Below are positions 9,005 through 19,552 of a stretch of DNA of 64,000 bases, piece by piece (the first letter of the stretch is position 1; each line of letters starts with the position of its first letter). The notes under the pieces were generated by a model, which ran no database searches, was not told where the DNA came from, and saw only the letters and a list, made by a program, of their open reading frames with translations. Source of the DNA: an uncultured Myxococcales bacterium (lineage in GTDB: Bacteria; Myxococcota_A; UBA9042); contig CAINLT010000126.1 of NCBI GenBank assembly GCA_903850505.1, positions 22,534 through 86,533 of the forward strand, read 5' to 3'. The position numbers and the translations under genes were made by a program.

Positions 9005-12000
9005 CTACGGGCACGCGTCGGCCCATCCCCACACCGTGTCGAGCTTGCCGGCGACGTCGAGCGAAGCTGTGTTGACCGCGCCAAAGGCATAGCGGTTCTT
9101 CGCTTCGACGCAGCCGGGGTATTTCTCGACTTTTGGCCAGTCGCCGCGCGTGTACTTGTACTCAAACCACGCGCCGCGCGGCACCGTCACCAGTCCCGCC
9201 GCCTGCCCCGGCACGCCGGTCCATTGCAGGGCCTGCTGCTGCCAGTTGTTGCCGGAGTGTGCGACAAAGACCGTGCTTCCCGCTGGCGTGTTCGCCGGCG
9301 CCTGCACCGTGAGATGCACTTGCACCGTCGTCGCGTCCAGCAGCGGCGGCCCGTCCGGCGTCTGCGGATGGTCGATGTGGAGGGTCCAGTTGCCGTTCGC
9401 CTGCGCGCCCGGCGGCAGGGCAACAACCAACGCGCGGTCGTTGCCGTACCACGTCCAACCCAGCGCGGCACCCTGCGCCTTGGCGTCCGCGACCTGCACC
9501 AGCAGCTGTCCATTCAACGACACTGCCGACGGCGCGGTGTCCAGCCGCCAGACGCGCACCCGCCACGCTTGCGGCGCTGGCGCATACGTCGAGCCTGCCG
9601 CGATCGCCGCCGCCAACTCCGTGCCGGACCCAATCGGCTTCAAGGTCAGCAGCGTGTGGCGCGCCGGCGCATCGGGCGGGCCATCGCCGGCATCCTGGCG
9701 CAGGGTAAATTGGCTCGGCTGCGGTCCTGGCACCACGTCGAGATCCAGCGGGCCCGCCACGTCCTGCGTCGCCCACTGGCGCAGCGGGCCGCGCGGCACG
9801 ATCGCGCCCGCGCGCAGCCACAGGGGCAGATCCGCGAGCGGTCCGGTCACGCTCAGCGTCGCCGGGCCGATGACCACCGCACCTGAGGTCGCCTGCACCC
9901 ACCGACCCGCCGGAAAGATCACCGCGCGCGTCGGGTTGGTCGGCGAAAGCTGCGGCGCGACGAGCACAAACGGGCCGAGCAGCGCCTCATCGCCCACGTT
10001 CTCCAGCGCAGGATCGTCCGGGAAGTGCCACCAGAGAGGCCGCAGGATCGGCGCGCCCGTCGCGTGCGCTTCGTCGGCGAGGCTCTCCAGGTACGGCAGC
10101 AGCCGGTAGCGGGCGTTGAGCAGGTCCCGCGCAATATCCTGCACTTCCTGGCCAAACTGCCAGGGCTCCTGATTGGGCGCGGTCTTCTCCGCGTGGCCGC
10201 GGAAGAATGGAGAAATGCTGCCCAGGGCAAACCACCGCGCGAACAGCGCCGGATCGCTGCTGCCTGAATAGCCGCCGACGTCGGAGCCCACCAGCGGCTC
10301 ACCTGAAAGGCCCAAGCCGAGGAGCATCGGCAACGTGCCGGCAAGCGTCGCCGCGGTGGAAGGCGCGTCACCCGTCCAGGCAGCGGCGTGGCGCTGGATG
10401 CCGGCGTAGCCCGCGCGCGTCAGCACAAAGGGCCGGCGATCCGGATACGCAGCCTGCAAACCCGCCTGCGTCGCTTCTGCCATGCGCAGGGCAAAGATGT
10501 TGTGCGCCGCGGCCAGCGTCGTCGCCTGACCATCGCCGTTCGCCGCGAGCGTATCAGGCACCGATCCGCCCTGATTCGCAGTGAAATCAGACGGCTCGTT
10601 CATGTCGATCCAGAGCGCGTCCGTACCCAGCGCAGTCTCCAGCGGCACCAGTTGCTGCGCCCACCACTGCCGGACTGTGGGATTGGTGAAATCCGGGAAG
10701 GCGGCGAGACCTGGCCATACCGTTCCCAGGTACGGCGCGCTGTTGCCGGCCGGGAGGAACAGGCTCTGCGCCAGCCCGGCAGCGTAGGGCGGCCACTGCG
10801 GATCGGCTTTCAGCCCGGGATCGACGATCGCCACGCCATGGAAACCTTGGGCGTGCAGCGTGTCCAGCAGCGCCGCCGGGTCGGGAAATGTCTGCGGATC
10901 CCAGGAAAATGAGCGAAAGCCGGCCATCTTCTGGATGTCGAACCAGAGGGAATCGCAAGGCAACTGCAGGTCGCGAAACTGCTGCGCCAAGGTCAGGAAC
11001 GTTGCGGCGTCCTCGTAGCCCCAGCGCGACTGGTGATAGCCGAGCGCCCACCGCGGCGGCAGGAACGGGCGGCCGGTCAGTTGCGTGTAGGTGTCCAGAA
11101 CCTGCGCGGCGGTTGGACCTGCGACGACGATCTGGTCCAGCACGCCGCTGCTCGCTGACACGCGCCAGCGGTCGTTGGCGCTCGCGGCGAGGTCATAGGT
11201 CTGCTGCCACGCGTTGTCGGTCAGGATGCCCCACGCCGTCGCGCCGCGCTTGACGAGCAACCACGGAACGGCTTGATAAAGCGGGTCGCCGTCCGGGTCA
11301 TAGCCGCCCAAAGTCGCGTTGTAGGCGTCCGTCGTGCGCAGCGTCAGTTTGCGGCCCCGGCGATCGGGCGCGCCGGTCTTGCCGCCGAGGCCGTAGAACC
11401 GCTCGCCGGGCAGCGCGCTCCGGGTCAGCGCGGGTTGGCCGTTGGCGCTCAGGGCAAAGCCGCCATCGGGCGGATCGGTCAGCAGCTGCGTGCCCGCCGC
11501 ATCGATGGCGACGATGTGACACTGGGAATCCACGTGCACCGCGAGCTGCGGCGTGCACAGCACCGCACCGTCGCACGTCTGGCCAACTGCAAATGCCGCG
11601 CTCGGCAGCGGTGGCAGCGGCAGCACTGCGCGCGTTGGCCAAGGCTGCGGCCCCGCCGCGGGCAGGTAACGCAGCCGAATCGCGCCGGGCAGAAGTGCCG
11701 AGAGTTGCAGGTGCAGGCCGGCGCACGTCGCGGTCCACGTGACGCCGTCAGTCTCCGCAGCCAGCCACGGCGGCGTGCCAGCGAGCGCGCCACAGGTCTG
11801 CGCGGGCGCGGCGGCGATGGCTGACAGCGGCGCGCACGCGGCCACAGCATCACCCGCGGCATCGGCAGAGGCGGCATCCGGCAGGGCGATGTCCGCAACC
11901 GCAGCGTCAACGACCGTTGCGTCCCCAGCGGCGTCGATCGGTGCAACGTCCGCGGTTTGCGGCGCATCCACGGCGTCGTCGGCGATTGCGTCGGGAGCGT

Positions 12001-12067
12001 TTTGTTGCGCGGGCGCCTGGCACGCCGCCAAGCCAAGCAACAACAGCCATCGGGTCAGCGTTTTCAC
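9005..12067 (-). CDS. GH31 alpha-glucosidase lipoprotein with C-terminal starch-binding-like (CBM) domain
   Basis: Signal MKTLTRWLLLLGLAAC, then a D/A-rich linker. GH31 core WFDIQKMAGF...WIDMNEPS. C-terminal VFVAHSGNNWQQQ...WFEYKYTRGDW resembles a CBM20/25-type domain. Confidence 0.85.
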   Translation of the reverse strand: MKTLTRWLLLLGLAACQAPAQQNAPDAIADDAVDAPQTADVAPIDAAGDATVVDAAVADIALPDAASADAAGDAVAACAPLSAIAAAPAQTCGALAGTPPWLAAETDGVTWTATCAGLHLQLSALLPGAIRLRYLPAAGPQPWPTRAVLPLPPLPSAAFAVGQTCDGAVLCTPQLAVHVDSQCHIVAIDAAGTQLLTDPPDGGFALSANGQPALTRSALPGERFYGLGGKTGAPDRRGRKLTLRTTDAYNATLGGYDPDGDPLYQAVPWLLVKRGATAWGILTDNAWQQTYDLAASANDRWRVSASSGVLDQIVVAGPTAAQVLDTYTQLTGRPFLPPRWALGYHQSRWGYEDAATFLTLAQQFRDLQLPCDSLWFDIQKMAGFRSFSWDPQTFPDPAALLDTLHAQGFHGVAIVDPGLKADPQWPPYAAGLAQSLFLPAGNSAPYLGTVWPGLAAFPDFTNPTVRQWWAQQLVPLETALGTDALWIDMNEPSDFTANQGGSVPDTLAANGDGQATTLAAAHNIFALRMAEATQAGLQAAYPDRRPFVLTRAGYAGIQRHAAAWTGDAPSTAATLAGTLPMLLGLGLSGEPLVGSDVGGYSGSSDPALFARWFALGSISPFFRGHAEKTAPNQEPWQFGQEVQDIARDLLNARYRLLPYLESLADEAHATGAPILRPLWWHFPDDPALENVGDEALLGPFVLVAPQLSPTNPTRAVIFPAGRWVQATSGAVVIGPATLSVTGPLADLPLWLRAGAIVPRGPLRQWATQDVAGPLDLDVVPGPQPSQFTLRQDAGDGPPDAPARHTLLTLKPIGSGTELAAAIAAGSTYAPAPQAWRVRVWRLDTAPSAVSLNGQLLVQVADAKAQGAALGWTWYGNDRALVVALPPGAQANGNWTLHIDHPQTPDGPPLLDATTVQVHLTVQAPANTPAGSTVFVAHSGNNWQQQALQWTGVPGQAAGLVTVPRGAWFEYKYTRGDWPKVEKYPGCVEAKNRYAFGAVNTASLDVAGKLDTVWGWADACP

Positions 12068-12100
12068 CCGCCGAGCATAGCGTATCGCCTGCCGCGTCGG

Positions 12101-13072
12101 CTACTTGGTCGGCTCGGGCGGCACGCGCTTGCGCGCTTCCACGGAATCGTGGGTCATGCGCTCCACCGCCGGCACCAGCGTCTCGCGCGCCACGGCGTCG
12201 AGCTCAAGCGCTTCATCCGCCGGCAGCAGCCGCCAGCCTTGGGCCAGGCTCTGCACCGCGGCCTGCAGCGCCGTCTCACGCTCCTGCAGCACCTTGAGCG
12301 CCGCCCAATCCTGCGCCGCGTGCCACTCGCCGTGCAGCGCGTCCGTCTGCTTGGTCAGGTCCGCCATTTGTTGCAGCGCCTTCTGGTATTCTACGCTCGC
12401 GGCCTGCAAGCCCATCCGCAGCAGCCGTTCAGCGCGCAGAATCGGCCGCTCCACCTGCCCGGTGAACAGGCTCTCCCACTGTTCCCGGCCCGCCGCCGCC
12501 TGCACTTCCGCGATGCCGGCGTGGTACAGCGTGTGCTGCGTCACCTCCAGCTTCTCGAGTTTTTCCACAATGGCGGCGCGCTTCGCCGCATCCTTCCCCG
12601 CTTCTTTTGCGGCAAGTGCCACCGCTTCCGCTTCCTGACCGAGCGCCTCAACGCTGGCCAGCAGCGCCTTCTGCCGGTCCTCGCGGTGCGGGTCCGCCTC
12701 GTTCTGCACGCGCTTGTAGACCGCCTCAAACCGCGCCAGCAGCGGCGTCACTTTCTCCGCAATGTACCGGCCGACCTGGGCCTTCTCGTCCTCATTCAGC
12801 AGCTTCTCCACTGCGTCGGATTCCTGCCGCTGGGCGGTCACGTGGGTCTGGAATTCCGCGACAAGCGCCTGCACTTTCGCCACGTCCGCGCCGGGCGCTT
12901 CCGCCTGCTTGACCATCGTTGTCAGCCGGTTGGTCAGCTTGTCGACGGTCGCCTTGGCGCGCCGCAAGTTGGCGGAATCGGGCGCGTGCGCGGGCGCCTC
13001 GGCGGGCGGCTTCGCGCGCGCGGGCAGGGGCAACAGGAGGCACACGGCGGCGAGGAGGGTGTTCAGCTTCAC
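12101..13072 (-). CDS. secreted alpha-helical hypothetical protein (paralog A)
   Basis: ORF 12101..13120(-). GTG start with AAGGA about 8 nt upstream gives the signal VKLNTLLAAVCLLLPLPARA. Q/E/A/L-rich helical body. Paralogous to the adjacent gene. Confidence 0.55.
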   Translation of the reverse strand: MKLNTLLAAVCLLLPLPARAKPPAEAPAHAPDSANLRRAKATVDKLTNRLTTMVKQAEAPGADVAKVQALVAEFQTHVTAQRQESDAVEKLLNEDEKAQVGRYIAEKVTPLLARFEAVYKRVQNEADPHREDRQKALLASVEALGQEAEAVALAAKEAGKDAAKRAAIVEKLEKLEVTQHTLYHAGIAEVQAAAGREQWESLFTGQVERPILRAERLLRMGLQAASVEYQKALQQMADLTKQTDALHGEWHAAQDWAALKVLQERETALQAAVQSLAQGWRLLPADEALELDAVARETLVPAVERMTHDSVEARKRVPPEPTK

Positions 13073-13138
13073 GTCGGAATCCTTTGGCCGAGACGTTGGG
13101 CCTGTGCCAGAACATCTCACCTGTCTTGGCTTTTTTGA

Positions 13139-14140
13139 CTAAGGCGCGGCGAACTTCTGCTGCAGCGCGTCGGCGCGCTCCATGAACTGGTCCGTCGCCG
13201 CGGACACGGATTCCGTCACCAGCGCCGCCAATTCCTGACGCTCGTCAGCGGCCAGCTTCTGCCAGCCCAGCGTGTCCAGACCCGCGACGGCATGGGCAAA
13301 TCGGCCCTTCAGCGCTTCGAGACCGGCGGCGTCGTTGACCTGCGCCAGCTCATCCACCAGCCGCCGCGCGTCGGCGGCCATCTCCGCGACCGTCAGCTTT
13401 TCCTCTTCAAACGCTGGGCACTGGGGCAGCAGCGCCAGCCGCAGGAGGCGTTCGACGCGCTGCAATTTCGGCTCCAGCACCTTGGCCGATTCCTTGAAGA
13501 GCCGCCGCGGATTGCTGATCGCCGTTTCCAGACGCACCGCCTGATACGCCGCGTTGCGTTGGCTGCCGATCTTGGCCATCCGCTGACGCACTTCCTCGCG
13601 CTTGGCTGCGTCATGTCCAGCGCCGCGCGCCAGTTGCTGCAGCGCCTCGGCGTCCGTCACCGCTTTGGCGATCTCAGCGCGAAAGCGCTCCGCCGCGGGG
13701 GCATGGTCGCTCGGCGAAGGCTTGTCGTCCTCGCCTTCGCCCTCCACCGCCTGCGCCACGAGTTCCAGCGCCGCCTGCATCGCCTCGATCCGCGGCCCCA
13801 GCTTGTCACGGCCGTAGTCCTCGCCCGCCGCCCGCTGCGCGACGTCCATCACTTTTTGCAGCGCTTCCATCTCGACTTCCGTCGCCTGCATCTGCGTCTG
13901 GAACCGCCGGCCGATGTCGGTCAGCCGCTGCGTGTCATCGCCCGCGGCCTTCACGTCGCGGATGAACTGGTCGACGACGCCACAGGTTTTGTCCACCGCG
14001 GCCTTCAGACGCGTGAGCGCTGTCGGCTCCGCCGCTTCCGGGCTCGCCACAGATTTACCTTTGGGCTTACCCGCATACGCGGACAGCGGCACCACCAGTA
14101 CCGCAATCACAAGCGCCGTGCGCATCAAAAAACCCAGCAT
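13139..14140 (-). CDS. secreted alpha-helical hypothetical protein (paralog B)
   Basis: Signal MRTALVIAVLVVPLSAYA. Same architecture and similar length to paralog A. Confidence 0.55.
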   Translation of the reverse strand: MLGFLMRTALVIAVLVVPLSAYAGKPKGKSVASPEAAEPTALTRLKAAVDKTCGVVDQFIRDVKAAGDDTQRLTDIGRRFQTQMQATEVEMEALQKVMDVAQRAAGEDYGRDKLGPRIEAMQAALELVAQAVEGEGEDDKPSPSDHAPAAERFRAEIAKAVTDAEALQQLARGAGHDAAKREEVRQRMAKIGSQRNAAYQAVRLETAISNPRRLFKESAKVLEPKLQRVERLLRLALLPQCPAFEEEKLTVAEMAADARRLVDELAQVNDAAGLEALKGRFAHAVAGLDTLGWQKLAADERQELAALVTESVSAATDQFMERADALQQKFAAP

Positions 14141-14170
14141 TTCGTTCCTCGCGATGTTGTGGCGCAGGGC

Positions 14171-15214
14171 TCAGACGACGATGCAATCCGCTTCAGCCAA
14201 ATCCGCCGCGACGATCTCGCCGACGACCATCGCCGCGATGCCGTGACCCGCCAGCAGCGCGAGGCTCGCCGCGACGCGATCCGCCGGCAGCACCGCGATC
14301 ATGCCGAGACCCAGATTGAAAGTCCGCTGCATCTCCAAATCTTCCACGCCCGCCTCGCGGATGGCCTGAAAAATCGCCGGCTCCTGCCATTTGTCGCGGT
14401 GCAGCACCGCGCGCGTCCCCGCGGGCAGGGAGCGCGGCACGTTGCCCGGCAGCCCGCCACCCGTGATGTGCGACAGCGCGCGCACCGGCTCGTGCGCCAG
14501 CAAATCGAGCACCGGCTTCACGTAGATCTGCGTCGGCTCCAGCATCTCCGCGGCGAGATCGGCGTGCTTGCCGCCCACCGAAGGGCCGAAGAGATCCAGA
14601 CCGCGCACTTCCAGCAGCGCCTTGCGCGCCAGCGAGAAGCCGTTGGAATGCAGGCCGCTCGAGGGCAGGCCGATGATCACGTCGCCCGGCTGGACGCTCT
14701 TGCCGTCCAGGATCGCGGCCTTCTCGACGGCGGCTACTGCGAAGCCCGCGAGATCGTACTCGCCATCGGCGTAGAACCCCGGCAATTCAGCCGTTTCCCC
14801 GCCAAGCAAGGCGCACCCGGCCTGCTGGCAGCCCGTCGCGATCCCGCCGACAACGGCCGCGGCGACGTCGAGTTCCAGCTTGCCCGTGGCGAAGTAGTCG
14901 AGGAAGAACAGCGGTTCGGCACCGGAGCAGAGCACATCGTTCACGCACATGGCGACGAGATCGATGCCGACCGTGGTGTGGCGGTTGGTCAGGAAGGCAA
15001 GCTTGAGCTTGGTGCCGACGCCGTCCGTGCCGGACACGAGAACGGGATCCTTGTAGCGGCCGCCGAGCGCGAACAGCCCGCCGAATCCGCCGATTCCGCC
15101 CATTACGCCGGGGCGGTGGGTGGCTTTGCCAAACGGCGCGATCCGGTCAATGAACGCGTCGCCACGATCGATGTCCACACCAGCTTCTGCATAGGTCAAC
15201 GGCTTCTTGGTCAC
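14171..15214 (-). CDS. purM: phosphoribosylformylglycinamidine cyclo-ligase
   Basis: ORF 14171..15415(-). GTG start ([19 protein letters not shown]) with GAGGAG upstream. PurM signatures [16 protein letters not shown], and C-terminal AIR-synthase domain. Confidence 0.9.
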   Translation of the reverse strand: MTKKPLTYAEAGVDIDRGDAFIDRIAPFGKATHRPGVMGGIGGFGGLFALGGRYKDPVLVSGTDGVGTKLKLAFLTNRHTTVGIDLVAMCVNDVLCSGAEPLFFLDYFATGKLELDVAAAVVGGIATGCQQAGCALLGGETAELPGFYADGEYDLAGFAVAAVEKAAILDGKSVQPGDVIIGLPSSGLHSNGFSLARKALLEVRGLDLFGPSVGGKHADLAAEMLEPTQIYVKPVLDLLAHEPVRALSHITGGGLPGNVPRSLPAGTRAVLHRDKWQEPAIFQAIREAGVEDLEMQRTFNLGLGMIAVLPADRVAASLALLAGHGIAAMVVGEIVAADLAEADCIVV

Positions 15215-15392
15215 GGGGTACTCCTCTGGCGCTGCCGAGTATCGCAAGCCCGCACTTGGGTCAACCGGCGGCGGCGACAAAAAGTGCCAACAAATTCTCC
15301 CACACGCTGCACTTGCCGATTGCCACGAGACAGTTGTCACACTAATGTACCACGCGCGGTCAGCCCCCGATTCGACCGCCACTGCGGGTGCC

Positions 15393-16793
15393 ATGACGAG
15401 TTCGCCGCCCCCCAAAGACCCGATTGCGGTCGTGAATCAGCTTCTTGCCGCGATTGCCGCCAAGGCTGATCATTTTACTCTGCTGCAACTGCCGCGCAAT
15501 GCTGAGCCGTTGCAGATTCGGGACGCGTATTTCCGCCTCGCCAAGATGGTCCATCCGGACAACCCGCTGTTCAGCGGCAATCCACAGTTGCGGTCGCAGG
15601 CCACGCTCGCGTTCCAGGCGATCACGGCGGCGAACGCCACGCTGGGCGATCCGGCGAAGCGCGGCGCCTACATGCAGGCGATGCTGCAGGCGGCGATGGA
15701 GCGCTCGGACGCCGTCGTGGCGCAGATGCAGTCGAACAACCGGGCGACCGCGCAGACCTCAGTTCCCCTGCGGCCAACCGGACCACAGCCGAACGCGGTG
15801 GATTTGGTGACGGGACGGACGCCGATGCCGTCGCTTTCGCGTTCGACACCGACCTCGCAGGGTCCGACGGCGCCGGGCGCCATCAACCGCCCAATGGTGT
15901 CGAGCAGCCTGAGCGCGAGCAATCCCTTCAGCCGCGGTCCACGGTCGGGACCGCAGCCGATCACCTCGGCAAATCCGGCCATCACGGGGCAGTCGCTCCA
16001 GCCTTCGAGCGCAGTGTCGGTCGGCGGCGCGGCTCCGACCGGGAGCACGGGCCAGTTTCAGCGGCCAACGGCGCAGATTCCGACGAATCTGGGCAGCACC
16101 GGGCAATTCCAGCGGCCGACACCGGGCGGGCAGTCCGCGATCGGGCAGTCGACGACATCGAGCCTGCAAACGCGCCCCCAGTCGAGCGTGCGCGGGCTCG
16201 AGCCGCCGCCCAACGAGGAAGTCGCGCGCATCTACTTGCACAGCGGTCGGCAGCAGCTGAACCGCCGCGACTGGGCCGGTGCGCAGGAGGCGCTTGACCT
16301 CGCGCTGCCGTTGCTGACGAAGCTGGAGGCGGCGGACTGCAAAGTCGTGCTCGGTTGGGCGATCTTCAACAACAATGCCAACGCGGAAATCGACCGCATC
16401 GAGCGCCCGAAGGCGATGTGGAACGAAGTCGCGACGCAGTACGCCAAGACGCCGTTTCACGCCCAAGCTGCGTACTATCTGGCGGTTTGGCACAAGCTGC
16501 ACGGCGAGTTGCGGCACGTCATGAGCAACCTCGCGGTGTGCCTGGAACTGCAGCCGAATCACATCGACGCAGCGCGGGAGAAGCGCCTGATGGAACAGCG
16601 CCGCTCCAATCTCTCCGAGATGCAGGAACTGGAACACAAGGAACGAACGATGAAATCGCGGCGATCGTCCAAGACCGCGATTCCGCTTGGCGGGCGCCCG
16701 ACGCCGGCGGCCAATCCCGCGTTGACCAAGAAGATTGCGCTGCCCAAAGAGCAGAGCTGGATGGAGAGGCTGTTCGGCGGCGACAAGAAGTAG
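15393..16793 (+). CDS. J-domain (DnaJ-like) protein with P/Q/S/T-rich linker and TPR-like C-terminus
   Basis: ORF 15207..16793(+). Internal [14 protein letters not shown]-domain with HPD ([15 protein letters not shown]). Long low-complexity region. C-terminal helical repeats. Confidence 0.7.
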   Translation: MTSSPPPKDPIAVVNQLLAAIAAKADHFTLLQLPRNAEPLQIRDAYFRLAKMVHPDNPLFSGNPQLRSQATLAFQAITAANATLGDPAKRGAYMQAMLQAAMERSDAVVAQMQSNNRATAQTSVPLRPTGPQPNAVDLVTGRTPMPSLSRSTPTSQGPTAPGAINRPMVSSSLSASNPFSRGPRSGPQPITSANPAITGQSLQPSSAVSVGGAAPTGSTGQFQRPTAQIPTNLGSTGQFQRPTPGGQSAIGQSTTSSLQTRPQSSVRGLEPPPNEEVARIYLHSGRQQLNRRDWAGAQEALDLALPLLTKLEAADCKVVLGWAIFNNNANAEIDRIERPKAMWNEVATQYAKTPFHAQAAYYLAVWHKLHGELRHVMSNLAVCLELQPNHIDAAREKRLMEQRRSNLSEMQELEHKERTMKSRRSSKTAIPLGGRPTPAANPALTKKIALPKEQSWMERLFGGDKK

Positions 16794-16799
16794 CCCGGG

Positions 16800-17735
16800 C
16801 TACTGCAGCCAAGCGGAATCACTCAGCTCAAGACGCAGCGGCAACGCCTCAAAGACCGGCATCGGCACTTCCCGCGACCGCGAGAGGCGCGCCAGCCACG
16901 GCCGTTCCGCGCTGTGCGGCGGCAGCAGCGCGACGAGCGACTTGGGCACCGTGAACTCGCCGTCGTCCTTCAGCCGACAGTGCAGCCAGCCGAGACCCGC
17001 CGGCACGTCCGCGCCGAGCAGCAGGTCGAGATCCGCCGTACCATCGACCGAACCCCAGCGCAGCGACAGATCCTCGTCCGCGGGCGGGGCTGGCACTTGC
17101 GCGCCGCGCACTGGATGGCTGCCCACCCACGTCACCCGCACCGGCCGCGGCACCTCGATCGCCACGTCAAACGGCGGCACGCCATCGCCGCCCGTCGCCA
17201 CGACATGCAGTGTGCCGGCGGCGAGCCAACCGCGGCTCATGTCCTGCTCCACGTCGTAGCGCACGCCGCGCGTCGCCTCAAAAAGATTGGGCACCATCTG
17301 CACGCGCAACGGCAAGACCTGTTTTCCCGCGCGCAGTTCCACGTTGCCGACGTCCAGCAGTTGCATGTAGGCCAGCGGCGGCGCGCCCGGCCGCGGACCG
17401 AGGTTGTGTGCCGGATCGGCAAGCCGCACGCACGTGTCCAACTCCGGCGCCGGCAGCCCGGCTGACGTCCGCCCGACGAGATCCGCGAGCACGCCGACGT
17501 CACCGCGCTCGATGTCGCCAAAAACCGCCGCCACTTGCAGGCGATCGAGACCGACCTGCACGTCGCCGGGCGTCCACGTGCCGTTGGCGAAATGGATGGT
17601 CACCGCCGCCGCGCGCATCCGCTGAGCATCCGCCGGCTCCGCCGCGCGCGCGGACGTTTGCAGTGGCGCGCTTTCTGCCGGCGAACGACCGCACGCCACG
17701 AGCAGGACCAAGGACAACAGCGGCCGTAGCGTCAC
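16800..17735 (-). CDS. hypothetical lipoprotein
   Basis: ORF 16800..18122(-). The Arg-rich N-terminal part overlaps rsmD on the opposite strand. GTG start with GGAGG upstream gives VTLRPLLSLVLLVACGRSP (lipobox LVAC). Confidence 0.55.
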   Translation of the reverse strand: MTLRPLLSLVLLVACGRSPAESAPLQTSARAAEPADAQRMRAAAVTIHFANGTWTPGDVQVGLDRLQVAAVFGDIERGDVGVLADLVGRTSAGLPAPELDTCVRLADPAHNLGPRPGAPPLAYMQLLDVGNVELRAGKQVLPLRVQMVPNLFEATRGVRYDVEQDMSRGWLAAGTLHVVATGGDGVPPFDVAIEVPRPVRVTWVGSHPVRGAQVPAPPADEDLSLRWGSVDGTADLDLLLGADVPAGLGWLHCRLKDDGEFTVPKSLVALLPPHSAERPWLARLSRSREVPMPVFEALPLRLELSDSAWLQ

Positions 17736-17801
17736 AAGAACCTCCGCCCGCAGCGTAGCGGACCTCGGCAGGCTTGCAACCCCCGCCAACTGTGGCACCT
17801 T

Positions 17802-18401
17802 GTGCGGCCCCTGCGCCTCCGGGCGCCTCTTCACAAGGAACATCGCGTGCGCATCATCGCTGGCAGCCGTCGAGGCATGAAACTCCAAGCGCCTCCGGGC
17901 ACTGACGTGCGGCCGACGTCGGACAAGCTGCGCGGCGCGGTCATGAGCATGCTCGGCGGCTTCCTGAGCGGCGAGCGCGTGCTCGATGTGTGCGCGGGTA
18001 CAGGCGCCGTGGCGCTGGAATGGCTGTCCCGCGGCGCGAGTACGGCGGTGGCGATTGACAGCGATCCCGTGGCGCTGGAAGCGATGCGCGCCAACGCCAA
18101 GCACGTGCGGCTGGACAGCCAATTGACCGTCGTTCCCGGCGACGCGATCAAGCAGCTGACGAAGCTGGCGACCGATGGCCAGCGCTTCGATCTGGTGTAC
18201 GTCGACCCGCCGTATGACGCTGGGCTGTATGAGGCGATTCTCGCCGCGCTGCCAGACGTGCTGAATTCCGGCGCGCAGGTGTTCGTCGAGAGCCGCGAGG
18301 GCCTGACGGAAGCGCAGCGGATCGGTTGGACGCAGGTGACGCAGCGGCGTTACGGCGGCGGCTGGCTGGATCGCCTGCAGTGGCCAGAGGTCGCTGCGTG
18401 A
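17802..18401 (+). CDS. rsmD: 16S rRNA (guanine966-N2)-methyltransferase
   Basis: RVRIIAGSRRG...DVCAGTGAVALE...LVYVDPPY. These are class I MTase and RsmD motifs. Confidence 0.85.
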   Translation: MRPLRLRAPLHKEHRVRIIAGSRRGMKLQAPPGTDVRPTSDKLRGAVMSMLGGFLSGERVLDVCAGTGAVALEWLSRGASTAVAIDSDPVALEAMRANAKHVRLDSQLTVVPGDAIKQLTKLATDGQRFDLVYVDPPYDAGLYEAILAALPDVLNSGAQVFVESREGLTEAQRIGWTQVTQRRYGGGWLDRLQWPEVAA

Positions 18402-19465
18402 TCGACGCTTTTGACCTGCGCATCTACGATTTTGACCTGCCGGATTCGGCCATCGCCCAGACGCCGATTGAACCGCGTCACGCTGCGCGACTGTTGGTGC
18501 TCAGCTCCCCGGACGCGCCGCTGGACCATCAGTCCGTGGCGGATTTGCCGGCGCTGCTGCCGCGCAACGCGTTGCTTGTCGTCAATGATACGCGGGTCGT
18601 GCCTGCGCGCTTGTTGGGCCAGAAGGCTTCCGGCGGACGCGTGGAGCTGCTGCTGACGCGGCCTTTTGGCACGCCAGGCGCTGATCTGCTGGGCCACGAA
18701 GCGATGGCGCGATCGAGCAAGGCGTTCAAGGTCGGTCAGGTGCTGGACCTCGACGGCGGCGGGCAGGCGACAATCACCGCTGTGCTGGGTCAGGGACTCG
18801 TGCGCATCGATCTCGCGGGCTTCGCGGATCTGGCGACGCTGCTGGCGCACTGCGGCCACGTGCCGCTGCCGCCCTACATTCGCGGCGGCAAGGAGCAGCC
18901 GGATGTGGACCGGCCGCGCTACCAGTCGACTTTTGCCAACGCGCCTGGCGCCGTGGCTGCGCCGACCGCGGGGCTGCACCTGTCCGCGGAAGTGCTCGAG
19001 CAGTTGGCCGAAGCGGGCGTGGAACTCGCGCGCGTCACGCTGCACGTGGGCCCGGGCACGTTCCTGCCAGTGCGCGATCCCGATCTCCACCAGCACCGCG
19101 TGCTGCCGGAGCGCGCTGAGATTTCCGTGGAGACGGCTGACGCGATCGCGCGGGCCCGTGCGCAAGGCCGCGCGATCATCGCGGTGGGCACGACGACGAC
19201 GCGTACGCTGGAGGCCGCGGCGATCCTGGGCAACGGCGTCATCGCGCCGGGTCGTTTTGACGCCGATCTGACGATCCTGCCCGGCCACCGCTTCCAGATC
19301 GTCGATGGCCTGATGACCAATTTCCACCTGCCGCAGTCCAGCCTGCTGGTCCTGGTGAGCTGCTTTGCCGGCCGCGCGCGCATCCTCGCGGCGTATGCGG
19401 AAGCCGTGGCACGCGGGTACCGTTTCTACTCCTACGGCGACGCGATGCTGATCCTGCCGACCTGA
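18398..19465 (+). CDS. queA: S-adenosylmethionine:tRNA ribosyltransferase-isomerase
   Basis: ORF 18326..19465(+). GTG start overlaps the rsmD stop (GTGA). QueA motifs LVVNDTRVVPARL, PLPPYI, GTTTTRTLE, MTNFHLPQSSLL. Confidence 0.9.
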   Translation: MIDAFDLRIYDFDLPDSAIAQTPIEPRHAARLLVLSSPDAPLDHQSVADLPALLPRNALLVVNDTRVVPARLLGQKASGGRVELLLTRPFGTPGADLLGHEAMARSSKAFKVGQVLDLDGGGQATITAVLGQGLVRIDLAGFADLATLLAHCGHVPLPPYIRGGKEQPDVDRPRYQSTFANAPGAVAAPTAGLHLSAEVLEQLAEAGVELARVTLHVGPGTFLPVRDPDLHQHRVLPERAEISVETADAIARARAQGRAIIAVGTTTTRTLEAAAILGNGVIAPGRFDADLTILPGHRFQIVDGLMTNFHLPQSSLLVLVSCFAGRARILAAYAEAVARGYRFYSYGDAMLILPT

Positions 19466-19487
19466 CAGCATCCCGCTGATTCATTCC

Positions 19488-19528
19488 TTGACAACCTGTC
19501 AAATCATCATAAACTGACAACCTGTCAG
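19488..19528. promoter_or_regulatory. two identical 13-bp palindromes TGACAACCTGTCA (putative TetR operators) overlapping a TTGACA -35-like hexamer
   Basis: TTGACAaccTGTCAA at 19488-19502 and cTGACAaccTGTCAg at 19514-19528. They lie 26 bp apart, about 25 nt upstream of the TetR ATG. Confidence 0.5.
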
Positions 19529-19552
19529 GTAATGGCCTGATTTGGAGCCGTC

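Noticed and set aside
13292-15469. 725-aa ORF on + strand
   Set aside because: It is antisense across purM and the helical paralog. Arg/Gln/His-rich with no domain content.
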